From positions 129,561,963-129,625,962 of the forward strand of contig NC_068981.1 of NCBI RefSeq assembly GCF_001194135.2: DNA of 64,000 nucleotides, read 5' to 3'. The notes below the pieces were generated by a model that saw only the letters and a list, made by a program, of their open reading frames with translations, had not been told where the DNA came from and searched no databases. Position 1 is the first letter of the stretch. Each line of letters begins with the position of its first letter. A program made the translations under genes and the position numbers. Positions 24,900 to 36,559 of this stretch are shown here, one piece after another. This DNA comes from Octopus bimaculoides. Taxonomy: Eukaryota.

Positions 24900-27203
24900 C
24901 TGAGGGAGAGATTAATATCTTATTTTTAAACAAAATGTCCTTCTTCTCGTGAAAAGGAGAGTATAGTCTATAGAATAGGCTCTAATATAATACTAGCATT
25001 TCTTTCTTCATTCCTGTTCAAAAAGTAGATATAAAATTGATGTCATCTTTTATTGCAGCCACATAAATTGTTTCTGGACAAGATACATAATTCTTTAAAC
25101 ATCTGGTGCAGACAGTTAATACAAGGAATAATATTTTTTCTTCATAATATTTGGCAAGATAAGAAGTTTGAATCTGAAATTAAGGAACAAGGAAGAAGCA
25201 TGAAATATACATATTTAACCTTCCTTTTGTTGCCTACTTATTATGAAGTTCTTAAAAATTTCTAGTCAGTGGAAATCATGTATAGCATATTTCATTCTTT
25301 GTAAAACTCATCAACATGACATAATCCAAGGTATATTAATTAAGCATCTTATGAAAAGTGAGACATTTCTTAAATAAAAGAAAATAATTGTAGCCTAGAA
25401 GAAATTATTTGTCTCAGCTTACTGCAATGAGAAATAGACAACAAATCTCTAGAGAGGTTACAAGCAGTAAAACTAGAAAACTATCCCTCAATGAATGATG
25501 GGTTAACTCAAACAAAGAACTTGAACTTAAACATACTAAGATATCATAAAACACAACCCAGTTCTATCTGCACCAATAAAAGTACTGAAAAAAATATTCT
25601 CTCAAAAAAGTTAAGGTATTGCTCATATCCTGGAAAAGCATTCTTTTACTAAAAAGTGATTAAGTGGGGGAAAAAGATATATGGTTAATACAGAACTTAA
25701 AGAATAACCAAAATATATAAAAGTGGTGCTGTCATAAGGCCTAGCACACTGAGCAGTTGGTTGGTGGCTCATGAATCTATGAATCCAGTGCTAACCTATG
25801 TATGCTGTAGCTCATTGTCAGTAAATAACTTTGATAGGCCCTAGAGTATTGCTTTGATTAGGACTCTATAATGCTGTATAGATGGCTCTGTACTCAAGAG
25901 AATAATCCATAGAATGAAGGACATGTAATTCTCTTGTACTTAAGCTGAGAAGCAGTAAGTGAAAGCAAATGAAGAGATAGGTGAAACAGGCAGAATCAAA
26001 GGGATGTGAGAAGTAGATTGCAAATAATAGTACAAAACAAAAGGTGATGACATAAAACAATGAAGGGCAAGCGATTCAAGATTTTCATTAAGAATGAGTT
26101 TAATATAGCATGAAGCAGTTTAACAAAGAGGAGTTGAAAGAAATCTTTTCAAAATATTCAATATCACTTATTTTTCCATCATTGGATGGGTTCCAAAGCA
26201 TCTTGTCTCCTGTCATCTGGCAACAACACATATCAACTTCACAGTCACAGCCTTTACAACTGGACACTCATCCTTTATCTAACCACCTTATGGGAAGGAT
26301 AGTGGGAGCATTTTATGGTGCCACCAGCACTAATGAGATTGTTTACGGTAGGACTAAAGTGTCCCTTCCAGCCTATATTAGTTCTTATTTGGTGTTACTA
26401 CCTTCCTAATGAGTTGCCTACACCTATGATGTTCGAGTCAATTTTGTTTATCACTCCCTTATTATCACACATGTACATATATGTGCTCACTGAGCATTCT
26501 GTTACAACACTTATAGCAAGAAACATTAAGTTCACCAAACACATCTACTCATGCTATCTTTTCTAAGCAAAACTTTCTTAACATCAATATAGTAAATTTT
26601 CTCTACACCAACATTCACATCACTTACTGAGGACTCCCACAATTACTAACAGTATGTAGAAGATATATTCATAAACTATATTTTCTACACTATTATCTCA
26701 GTACTATAACTGACCACCTGTTTAATATTGGAATTAGGTTTTTTTTTTATATCTGCTTTCCAGACAAACCTGGTGTAGGTTATATTTCAATCCTAAAGAA
26801 GACATGTATCTTAGATTCTCAGAAATATAGAAACTGGACTACATATATAGAAATTAGATGAAGCCAGTTTTATAAGACTATACAGGATAATTGTTAAATG
26901 AAGAACCAATTCAAAACCTCTGCTCTTTTGAATTTGTTACTTTCACCTAAATACATCATCCTTACTGTATCTCACCTACATCCAGACTCAATACTAAACA
27001 ATTTTCCTAATATTGTTTACCTATCTCACTAGAACCATCTATGTGGTCTCTCTAATTATGAACTTTCACCCCTACCACCACCACTGCAAATCAAATCAAA
27101 TGATAATTACCATAATCTCATTCAGACATTTTGATTTCCCAAACTGAAATATTTACAGACTTTGCTTTGCCACATACTGGTGGCTACTGCTGCTGCTGCT
27201 AAA

Positions 27204-27251
<48 letters not shown>

Positions 27252-27658
27252 CCTTTCTAATATAGGCACAAAGCCCGAAATTTGAGGGGAGGGGGCTAGT
27301 ATATTACAGGACCCCCAGTGCTCAACTAATCCTTAATTTATTGACCTTGAAAGAATGAAAGGCAAAATCAACCTCAGTCGAATAATAATAATAATAATAA
27401 TAACAATAATAGATTTGGATATATTGATGAACCCTAACAAACTTGCCAACATAAGGAGATACATTCTCAAAACAAAAAAATACCAGAAATTGATGATTAA
27501 AAAAACATTCAGACAAATACAAAACCAAAATACCAGGACTTACGAATGTATATAAATACAGAAAATAGCACCACTAAACACTGTGCACATCCTATGTAAA
27601 GCACTTTCAATACAGTAAAGATAAGAACACCACAACAAACCCAAAATATACAACTTAC

Positions 27659-27765
27659 TTTTCTTCCACTGTTGGAATTTTACCATCATGTACAGACATG
27701 TAATGTTTTTCCAAGGCATCTTGAGAGGGTAATGGTTTTTTGCAAAGTGGACAGAGGAAACCTTC
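27659..27765 (-). CDS. EEA1: EEA1 exon 4, C2H2 zinc finger 2 (EGFLCPLCKKPLPSQDALEKHYMSVHDGKIPTVEE)
   Basis: tctttttag acceptor, GTAAGT donor; 107 nt, phase 0-2, which is the phase needed to join exon 5; CX2C-X12-HX4H. Confidence 0.92.
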
Positions 27766-29024
27766 CTAAAAAGATTTAGAAAATAAAAAAAGGATTTTGT
27801 CCATAAGCATAAACATTTAGATACAGCAGTTAATAACAAAGAGAAATTGTTCTAATTGTGTATAAAAGATAAGCAATGATTTATTGACTGAGAACTTACT
27901 GTTGCAATAGAGTTATCAAATGATTTCTCTTGTATACACTTACTCAAGAATAATTAATTGTTAAAGCAAATAAGCTTCGCTTTGCTACAGGGCGCAATTT
28001 TAATTATTTTTATCAATCAAACATTTTCTCAGTTCAATACAATAAGTATGTTAGCCTTCACAAAAGTATAAGTGTTTTGCATGCAGAATGTATCTCTGAG
28101 AAATTTCTTATAGTCAATATTTTAAGTTACCAAGTTAGTGAATGCTTTTTTTTCACTCAAATTTTTATATGCCTCAAACACCAAGAATCTGGTATGTATG
28201 GGTAATACTAGGCTTTATTGAGTAGGTCAGCATTTTCCCTTTCTTTATTAAAAATTGTTACAAGCAAGGCCACAGACTGCTTCTAGATGTGATATTAATG
28301 TCATAAAAGCCCTATAGATCTATGCATATTTAAGAAAGCAATAAAATAATTGATAAAATATATAAATGAAATACGAAATAATAAATACAGTAAAGGTGTT
28401 AATAAAAAGAAATAAAATGAGATGATGAATAAAAGATCTGATAAAAATATCAAAATGAACAAAACAGCCAGCATTACTATGAATGTCTTGAGTAGGCATA
28501 GTACTTAACATAAGATCAACTTCACTTCCTGTCACTACTCAAGTTGTCTCTTGACATTTTGACAGTAATTAATCCTTGAAGCTAATGTCTGTTTATTACA
28601 GCTGTAATTTTCATTAATTAAACACTTTTTAGGCTCATACTTTAAGTATATTAGTCCCCAATTAACAAAGGATGTTTATTTATTGTCTTAGTGTTTTAAT
28701 GGTTGCTATTTTAGTAATAATAAATTTCTCTTTCTCAGTAGCAATTTTTTGCCTCTCACCTTCTGTCTTTACCTGCTTATCTGTCTTGGAACTTTGTCTC
28801 ACATTAGCTATAAATCTAGCTGCTTTGCATCCTCTAATTCTTTCTTCAGTTACCTGATTCTGACCCCTCCAATGCATAATCATTTCGAACATTTATTAGT
28901 TCTTTTCTTCCTATTCTCCCATGCACACTCAGCATCGTATTTGATATCTAAGAACTTTACACAAAAATACTATAATAAAAGTGATGACAGCTAAAGAGGA
29001 TGAAGAACTTCCCAGAATACTTAC

Positions 29025-29129
29025 ACCACCATCAGCATAATCTCTTTTGATAACATTGTGTTCTTGGAAATGGTTCTGAAGGATTTCTGCTGAATTAAAT
29101 GTTTTCATACACTGAGGACAAATGAAACC
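29025..29129 (-). CDS. EEA1: EEA1 exon 3, C2H2 zinc finger 1 (GFICPQCMKTFNSAEILQNHFQEHNVIKRDYADGG)
   Basis: GFICPQCMK identical to the human EEA1 Rab5-binding finger; ttttttcag acceptor, GTAAGT donor; 105 nt, phase 0-0. Confidence 0.93.
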
Positions 29130-29419
29130 CTGAAAAAATACATCATAAACATAAAAATAAAAAACAAACTTTTAATGAGCTCAATTATCATCATTGACTT
29201 AACACTCATCTGTGTCCCAGATGACTGGAAATAATGTTGATGAAGAAGAGATTTCATTATGTTCTAGCTACTTATCTGGCTCCAGTTACAATAGCTGCAA
29301 GAGGATTACATAACCTGAGTCATTTCTATTATTATAACAAATAGTTACCACATTTGATAAAAACATTTTTTTTCTATTGAACAATCTATATTATATTTTC
29401 ATTCAAACCTATATCATAT

Positions 29420-29642
29420 GTTTACCCTTTAGTATTCATATTACTCTGTCAAATATAATGTTTGATTATATAAATTGTTTTGAATTTATCAAGCACTATC
29501 TTGTAGTTTAGAGACATTGTGATTGTTTAATTTTAGAATGACATTGCAGGGTTGAGGTGAAAAGCCAGATCTGACCACTTTCAACATAAAACAGGTTAAA
29601 TATTTTGGCCAGAGATGGTCAGTTTGAATGCTAAAGGGTTAA
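29420..29642. mobile_element. piggyBac-type MITE, family B (partial tandem copy to about 29790)
   Basis: Ends AATGCTAAAGGG|TTAA; inverted relative to 53060-53280. Confidence 0.7.
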
Positions 29643-31597
29643 TCATGCATTATCTTGTAGCTTTGAGATTCCAACAAAGTGATTGTTTATTTGTAGAATG
29701 ATATTATAGGGAAGGTATGAGACTGAATCAAGTTGATTTCAACATAACAGAGGTAGAATACTTGGGCCGGATATGGCCAGTTTAAATGCTATTTCCATTT
29801 ACTGTTGCAGAAGAAGAGATAAGAATTTGGTCTGACAGTGTTGCTGCTATTTAGCCCCAAGCCAACCCTGGTGCTAAACAAGCAAATCCATAGGCTAGAG
29901 CATTTTCTTAAATTGCTGCATTGTAAAAAATGAGTATAAAACTGCTTCTGTATTCTAGCATCCTCCAAGATTCTTTGCAACTCTTTCTAGAAATTTTCTC
30001 AGTAATGGGTACCAGCTTATCCAAAAACGTTACTTGTGGGAAAATTACCAGACTATCTGGTGTAATGTTAAATGCAATACCAAGTAGTTAGTAAGTTGAA
30101 TGTTCACACACGTAAGGTTCTTGCAACATTATTATCCTCTTTTGCTTGTTAATTTTAGAAATTTCACTTAATGTATACATACATCTCAATATAGATAAAG
30201 ATTACATCAACCCCATTACTTGACTGGTATTTTATTTATCAACCCCAAAAGGATGAAAGGCAAAATTAACCTCAGCAGAATTTGAACTCAGAAGATAAAG
30301 AGCAAAAACTAATGATGCAAAGTATTTTTTTCTGATGTGCGAGGAATTCTGCCTGCTGGTCTGATTTTTCTATATTGGTTTATATTTATGGGTTTACATC
30401 TCAGCTGTGTATCATCTCATTTAAGGTTCAATATTCTGATCTAACTACTTTTTCCATAATCTTTCTAGGTTTACCTCTACTGCAGATATTCTCTAACATC
30501 AACACAACACTTTTTCACCCAGAATGTTAACATTTGTAAACATGGGAATCCTTAAAATAATATTTTGTGAAAATATTCCTTCTATTTTTTAATATGCATC
30601 ATAAATAGAAGTGTGAGACACAAGGACTGTAAGGACCTAAAGGGCAAAAGTTCAACTGCCACCACAATGTCAATGCAAAAAGCTATAGGAATCTGTAAAA
30701 CAGTGTTCAAATGATTCACAGAATCAGCTAACCCAACCTAATGTGAACAAATGGTGCTTTTTACTTACGTGACACCATCACCAATACTTTTACCATTAGC
30801 ACATTTGTTTCACTAATGATGGGGTCTTTCAATTTACCACATTCCTGCTCATAAATCTCTTAATTCTTCACTAGGCCTTATAATGTGAGAACATTTTTTT
30901 TATTTACCATATTTCTGTTGAAATACAGTTTTACTTTGAAATAATCTCCCCAAAATGAAGAATGTAATAAAATAAATCAGCCTTGTCATTATTTACGTGA
31001 TGTTTGAAACAAATTAACATGAAAGTTTAATGAGAAATTTTAACTTCAATCACTTTAAAACAGGAAGTTTGTACCATAGAACCAGGAGCAGTCTTGGACA
31101 AGTTAGTATCAAAAGGGTTAATATGACAGGTATAGAAAAGACTGTGAGCTGGCGGAATCATTAGCATTCTGGGTAAAATGCTTAGCAGCATTTTGTCTGT
31201 CTTTACATTCTGAGTTCAAATTCCACTGAGGTTGACTTTGCTTTTCATCCTTTCAGGGTTTGATAAAATAAGTACTAGTTGAGCACTGGGGTCGATGTAA
31301 GCAACTTGCCCCCTCCCACCGGACTTGCTGGCTTTGTGCCAAAATCTTAAACTAGTACTGTAAGTGTAGCAGATATTCAGCAGCTAAGGATAATGCAATT
31401 TGTATAGACCATGAAGATCTGAATTAAGATGCTTCATGAAAACTAGTTTGGTACCTTATGTTTCTGAATTTGAATCAAGTTAGGGACAGAAGAAGGGACA
31501 GCGGTTGGATGAAATTAAGGAAGAGACTACTGGAAACAGCTGTAAGTCTAATTTACTACAATGAAGAAACAAGTAATGACCGTTATTTTTACCTTGT

Positions 31598-31633
<36 letters not shown>

Positions 31634-31639
31634 CCGAAA

Positions 31640-33440
31640 AGCATAGTATTAAATATCCATCACAGCTGATCTTACCGATCAGTTTCACGTAGAGAATACA
31701 ATGTAGTGTTAGGTAACAATCTGATTATATAACTTTATGCTCATCAGAGTTAGCCGATATGGAAGGGAATATGGCGACTGCTCTCTATTGTCGGAGGTTG
31801 ATTAGCACAACTGATCAGTAGCTGCTGTGAAAGAAGGTGGTGAAAAAAAAAAGGCACCAGGGGATTAAGTTAGGAGTTATGTCCCTTGGTTGGGTAAGAG
31901 TTATCTTGAAGTGGGGAAGATGTGTATTATTTATGTGGTGCTTCTGTGGGGATGGTGTGTGTGATACGTGTAGTGGTGTCATATGCATAATTTATCTGGG
32001 GGTGTAAGTGTATATAGCTGTATTTGTTGGTCTGTTTTCTTTCTGTAGAGGATAAAATAGTGGGGTTTATTTTGTTAGTGTGTGGTGTGTAATGTGTGTG
32101 TTACGTGTAATGTGTGTGTGTGTGGGGGGGGGGTCTGTACATGTGTAGAGGTATAATTTGTGTGCAGGGATATGTTGGGGTGGTGAGAGACAGTTATATT
32201 GTGGCATGTCTGCCTTATGAGGGGGGATGTACATGGGTGCATTGGTGTGTACTTTGGTTAAACTCCTTTTGCCAGGCTCAAAGGCATTGGTGGAAAGTTG
32301 TTGGCAGAGGACCTGTGATTGCAGTCATGGTGGGGCATGCAGATACAATAGGATGTACTTCTTTTCATGCAGGCAAGGATTAAATACCTCACTCCTGCTG
32401 TTCAGGTAGACATCCGGGCGTTGGGTACCTTTTAAGATTGCTCTCTTATCAGCCAGGCATAATCTGCACTTCCTGCTGCTATTGAAGTACGGTTTGCATT
32501 TTTCTAGGGTCTTCCACTTTATGCTGTACTCTGTGGTGCTTTCTTTCAAAGCCCAGATGTGCTTGGCTAGGGTTGTGGTGTTATGTCTCTATGGGATGTT
32601 GAAGGAGGACTTGTGGTTATTAAAGTGGGTTCTGAAGGGACCTTCTGTTACCCCCACATATTTTCTCTCACTCGCTTGTCCATTGGGTCCTGTTGCTGTT
32701 ACTTCTGCCTTGTAAACAACTGTCTCTGTATTGCAGTGGCTGTTCAGTGGACAAGTTGTGTTACCCCTGCATGAGCATCCTGCCTCTGCATCAGGTGTAG
32801 GCCTACCTACAAAAATCTTTTTTACACTAGGTGCACAGCTAAAGGATAATCTCAGGGTGTGTCTATTAAATATTTCACTGAATCTATTGATACAGGTGAA
32901 GTGTCTATCAACTAAACTAAGGAAGATCTTACCTACTCTGATCTTAATGTTTAAAGAGAATGATGGCGTGAACCACAGTACTTTCTAGTAGCACTTTCTC
33001 TTGGTAGGGCTAGGATTCTGGTTGTAGTACGAAGCAGCAGCATCAAAGATCTCTTTGCTTGAAGACAGGCTGGAGATTCTCCTGCTGACACCCTTAACTA
33101 GGTTCCTGAACACTATGGCTGGATGGCAGGAACCTGTATAAGACAACTTTTCATTTGGTTGCCTAAAGGGCCTATAGGTACCAGATTCTAGGTCCAGGTC
33201 AAGGAAATCTACAGTTTTCAGGTTGGTCTCTATAGTGACCTTCAGTCTGAGGGAGTTCATGGTGCTTGTGAGGTCCTTTCTGAGCCTATCTAGTGTGTGG
33301 CTGTTGGTGCCTCTTGATATTGCCAGTGTGTCATCCCTGTAGAGGACAAAGCTAGTTGAAGGGAATTTCTTTTTTAGTATATCTAGGATGAAATACAGAC
33401 TAGGTCACATACGCCTGCACTGTCAAAAGTACCCATAGCC
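31640..33440 (-). mobile_element. 5'-truncated Penelope-like element (RT C-terminus, GIY-YIG endonuclease, 3' region)
   Basis: FVLYRDDTL at about 33330; LKVTIETNLKTVDFLD...VSRRISSLSSSKEIFD (ORF 32985-33260); CRLCLADK...LNSRSEVFNPCLH (ORF 32325-32549); stops and frameshifts. Confidence 0.92.
31657..31762 (-). ncRNA. Type I hammerhead ribozyme motif (degenerate stem II) at the Penelope 3' end
   Basis: CTGATGAG (31747-31740)...GAAA-CT-GATC-GG-TA; palindromic loop III; stems partly mismatched. Confidence 0.6.
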
Positions 33441-35019
33441 AGCTCAAAGAAGCTCTCTAAATCAGTGTGTTTGGCCTAGGCAGACCTCTTACTGGGTTCT
33501 TCTGGCATGCATGATGTGTATCACACACATACATATATGCATCATCTTTGCTATATTTCACAAGTTTCAGTTAGCTGATCATATTGGAATTATTTCCCTT
33601 GCTTGTTTCTTTTTCAGATATTAAATACACCTAAGAGGAGTTTTGCTGACTAATTGCATGGATAAACTCAGATGAATACTTTCTTTAACTCACTCTGTTA
33701 CATGTGAGATGTATATTTTGTTGCAGAAAGGTTAGTCTCATAGTCACAATGTTTCAAACAAATAAAAATGTTTTTAGATAAAAAAAAAAAAGAAGTACTA
33801 AGTTCTAACAAGAACCAACAGTGAACTCTCAGTTAAAAATATGTATTGATCTTTTTAAACAATCCTGAATGATTCTGGCATTTACATGACATTTTCCCAT
33901 GCTGCCGAAAAGCTGATACATGGGAAATTTTATAAATTAGAAACTTTATTTCATTTAAGCACTTTTCTATTCAAATAGAATCATTCAAATATCCTGCATC
34001 AATATTGAAAAAAAAAAAAAAGTTAAGAAGTAACAAGTAAGTAGAGACTTCTAATAACAAGAGCAGTTATTTCTTTATGAAGTAGGATACATTTACATAT
34101 ATGAAAAGTGAAATAAAAATAAGCACAAAATGCAAAGCATTATGCAGTTCAAAAATTCAATCAACGAAAATTGTTGTTGTTTAGCTGCAAGTCAATCATA
34201 GACGATCAATGGCAATCTACTCATGATCATTCCATCATCTTGTTTCACACAATATATTTAAGATAGAATTGTTATTTCCACTAAGTAAAAGAGAGAAGAG
34301 CAGTATCCATCACTATTTTATTTCAGGGACTCTGAAACTGGTAGGAGAGAAGGAGGTTGTCTTTAAACTAGAGACAGTGTTTTAGGAGATTACATTATAT
34401 GAAATAATGTATTAAGACAACACAGAATACTGTATTAGGACAACATGATGTGTGGAATATCGCATTAAAGACATCACAGCAATAGGAGCTGGAGCTTACA
34501 GTTTGTAGATTACCATGTTAGTGAGAGTTACAGTGCATGAAATACTACATGATATCATATTGTGTGGAATATGGTGAGTGGTATGACAGAGTGTGGAATA
34601 CTCAGAGAGTGACATCACAGTGAGTGGAATATTGTGTGATATAGAGTATGAAACATCATATTAAGAGAAAGGAATACTTGCAAATTTCTATAATATAAAA
34701 GTTGTAGTAAGAGTAAGGGTGTGGAAAATTATTGAGGAAATTTTACAGTTTGATATCATAATGGCAAATCTATTATAATACATTTTGCATCTAGGATGTA
34801 TTACAGGGATATAAACTGACATCATTACTTGAGTGGTATTTTATTTTAAGGACTTTGGTTAGGAAAGTTCACTTTGAAGGGACTTGAATTCAGACAGTAA
34901 AAGGGCTGCAACTAAATGTTACTTGATAAGTCTTCTGACGCTGAAATGATGCTGCTTCTTTGTCATAATTTGATTTAAAAAGTACAGAAAAAATACCACC
35001 CTGTCACAAAAAAAGCAAA

Positions 35020-35175
35020 CAGGTGTGGCTGTGTGGTAAGAAGCTTGCTTCCCAACCACATGGTTCTGGGCTCAATACCAATGCATGGAACCTTGGGCAA
35101 GTGTCTTCTACCAAAGCCTTGTGAGTGGATTTGGTAGATGGAAACTGAAAGAAGCCTATTGTATGTATGTGTGTA

Positions 35176-35230
<55 letters not shown>

Positions 35231-35451
35231 CATATATCTATGTGTGTGTGTGTCTTTGTACCTGTGTTTGTCCCCTCACCACCACTCGACAATTGTGTGG
35301 TGTGTTTACATCCCTGTAACTTAGCAGTCAGGCAAAAGAGACCAATAGAATAAGTCCAGGGGTCGATTTGTTTGACTAATAAAAAAAAAAAACCCTTCAA
35401 GTGATGCCCCAGCATGGCCACAGTCAAATGACTGAAACAAGTAAAAGATAA
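35020..35451 (+). mobile_element. tRNA-derived SINE with internal (GT)/(TA) microsatellite
   Basis: ggtgtggctgtgtggtaagaagcttgcttcccaaccac head, gccccagcatggccacagtc...gaaacaagtaaaaga tail; family also at 41180-42240(+), 60015-60450(-), 6265-6340(+). Confidence 0.85.
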
Positions 35452-35989
35452 CCGATATTTTCATTCTTAAAGACAAAATAGATGCACATAAAAATTTCCA
35501 CAGAATGCACATCAATAACATGCTGAAAGGATAAGCAAATAAACATGAAAGTAGCCAAGTCATTAGAAAGCATAGGGAAAACATAAAAACCACAGACAAT
35601 ATCAATGTTAAGAGTAGCTATAGTTAAGAAGATTTAGTGATTAATAATAGCTGGCACTAAAAGAGACAGGTTAATAATGCTGTAAAGAGAATGTAACAAA
35701 ATATCTTGCCATCATATTCTGACATAATTGGCATTAACTTGCAACCACAAAGCTGGCTATTTTGGCTCTTAAGGTAACTTTGAACATTTATCAATGAGCA
35801 TCAGTTTTTGTCTGATGACTTATTTTTGACTTATTCAATTTTTTAGATAATAGGGAATATTAAGAGGTCTGAATATATATATATACATAAATATATATAT
35901 ATATGGTTGTGGATGTTTTCTTGCATGTGTTGATATGTATAATAGAAAATGTATGTAACACAGGTTGTAGATTTTCATTAATTTATTTA

Positions 35990-36295
35990 AAATAGAGGCT
36001 TTACTCTGTTGCTACTCCAAGTTTCTCAGTTACTTTCACTTCGTAACACACGAGAAGTGCAAAAACTTAGAATTACAACGTGAAATCTCAACTTTGGTAT
36101 CAACTCTGCATTAGATGTTGAGTACTTTTGGAGGCCCAATCTTCCAAATTCTTTTGCAGGGCTTAGAAAAACCAAAGGACCACTGCAATAAGTGTGTGAA
36201 CCTGAGAAGGGAATATGTTGAATAAAACCATAATCAACTGATCCACCTCTATTTTCTTTTATCCAAAGCCAGGAACTTTTCAACACCCTCTCGTG
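35990..36295 (-). mobile_element. mariner-like terminal fragment
   Basis: gagggtgttgaaaagttcctggc resembles a mariner TIR, abutting a (TA)n run; interior resembles the mariner subterminal region at 46680-46800. Confidence 0.5.
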
Positions 36296-36297
36296 TG

Positions 36298-36332
<35 letters not shown>

Positions 36333-36559
36333 ATACACAAATATATATTCCTTTATTCTTTTAATGTAGCCATGCTACCAGTGTATACGTTAGTATGTGT
36401 GTTGAAACCTGCAAAAAATTTGAAGAGTTTAAATAAAACTAAGTTAAGAAGTTTGTTCAGTGAGAACAAAACAAGAACTGAACGTTACATTAACAGTGCA
36501 ATCAATAGATTAATTAATAGTTAATTGGTAGATATTTAACCAACATACAAATTTTAATC

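Noticed and set aside
25423-27945. Other pseudo-exons with GTAAG donors (25423-25448, about 27900 and 27943)
   Set aside because: Weak acceptors, frameshifts or in-frame stops, no homology
28680-28892. 70-aa charged minus-strand ORF next to exon 3
   Set aside because: No usable splice sites or EEA1 similarity; probably decayed repeat
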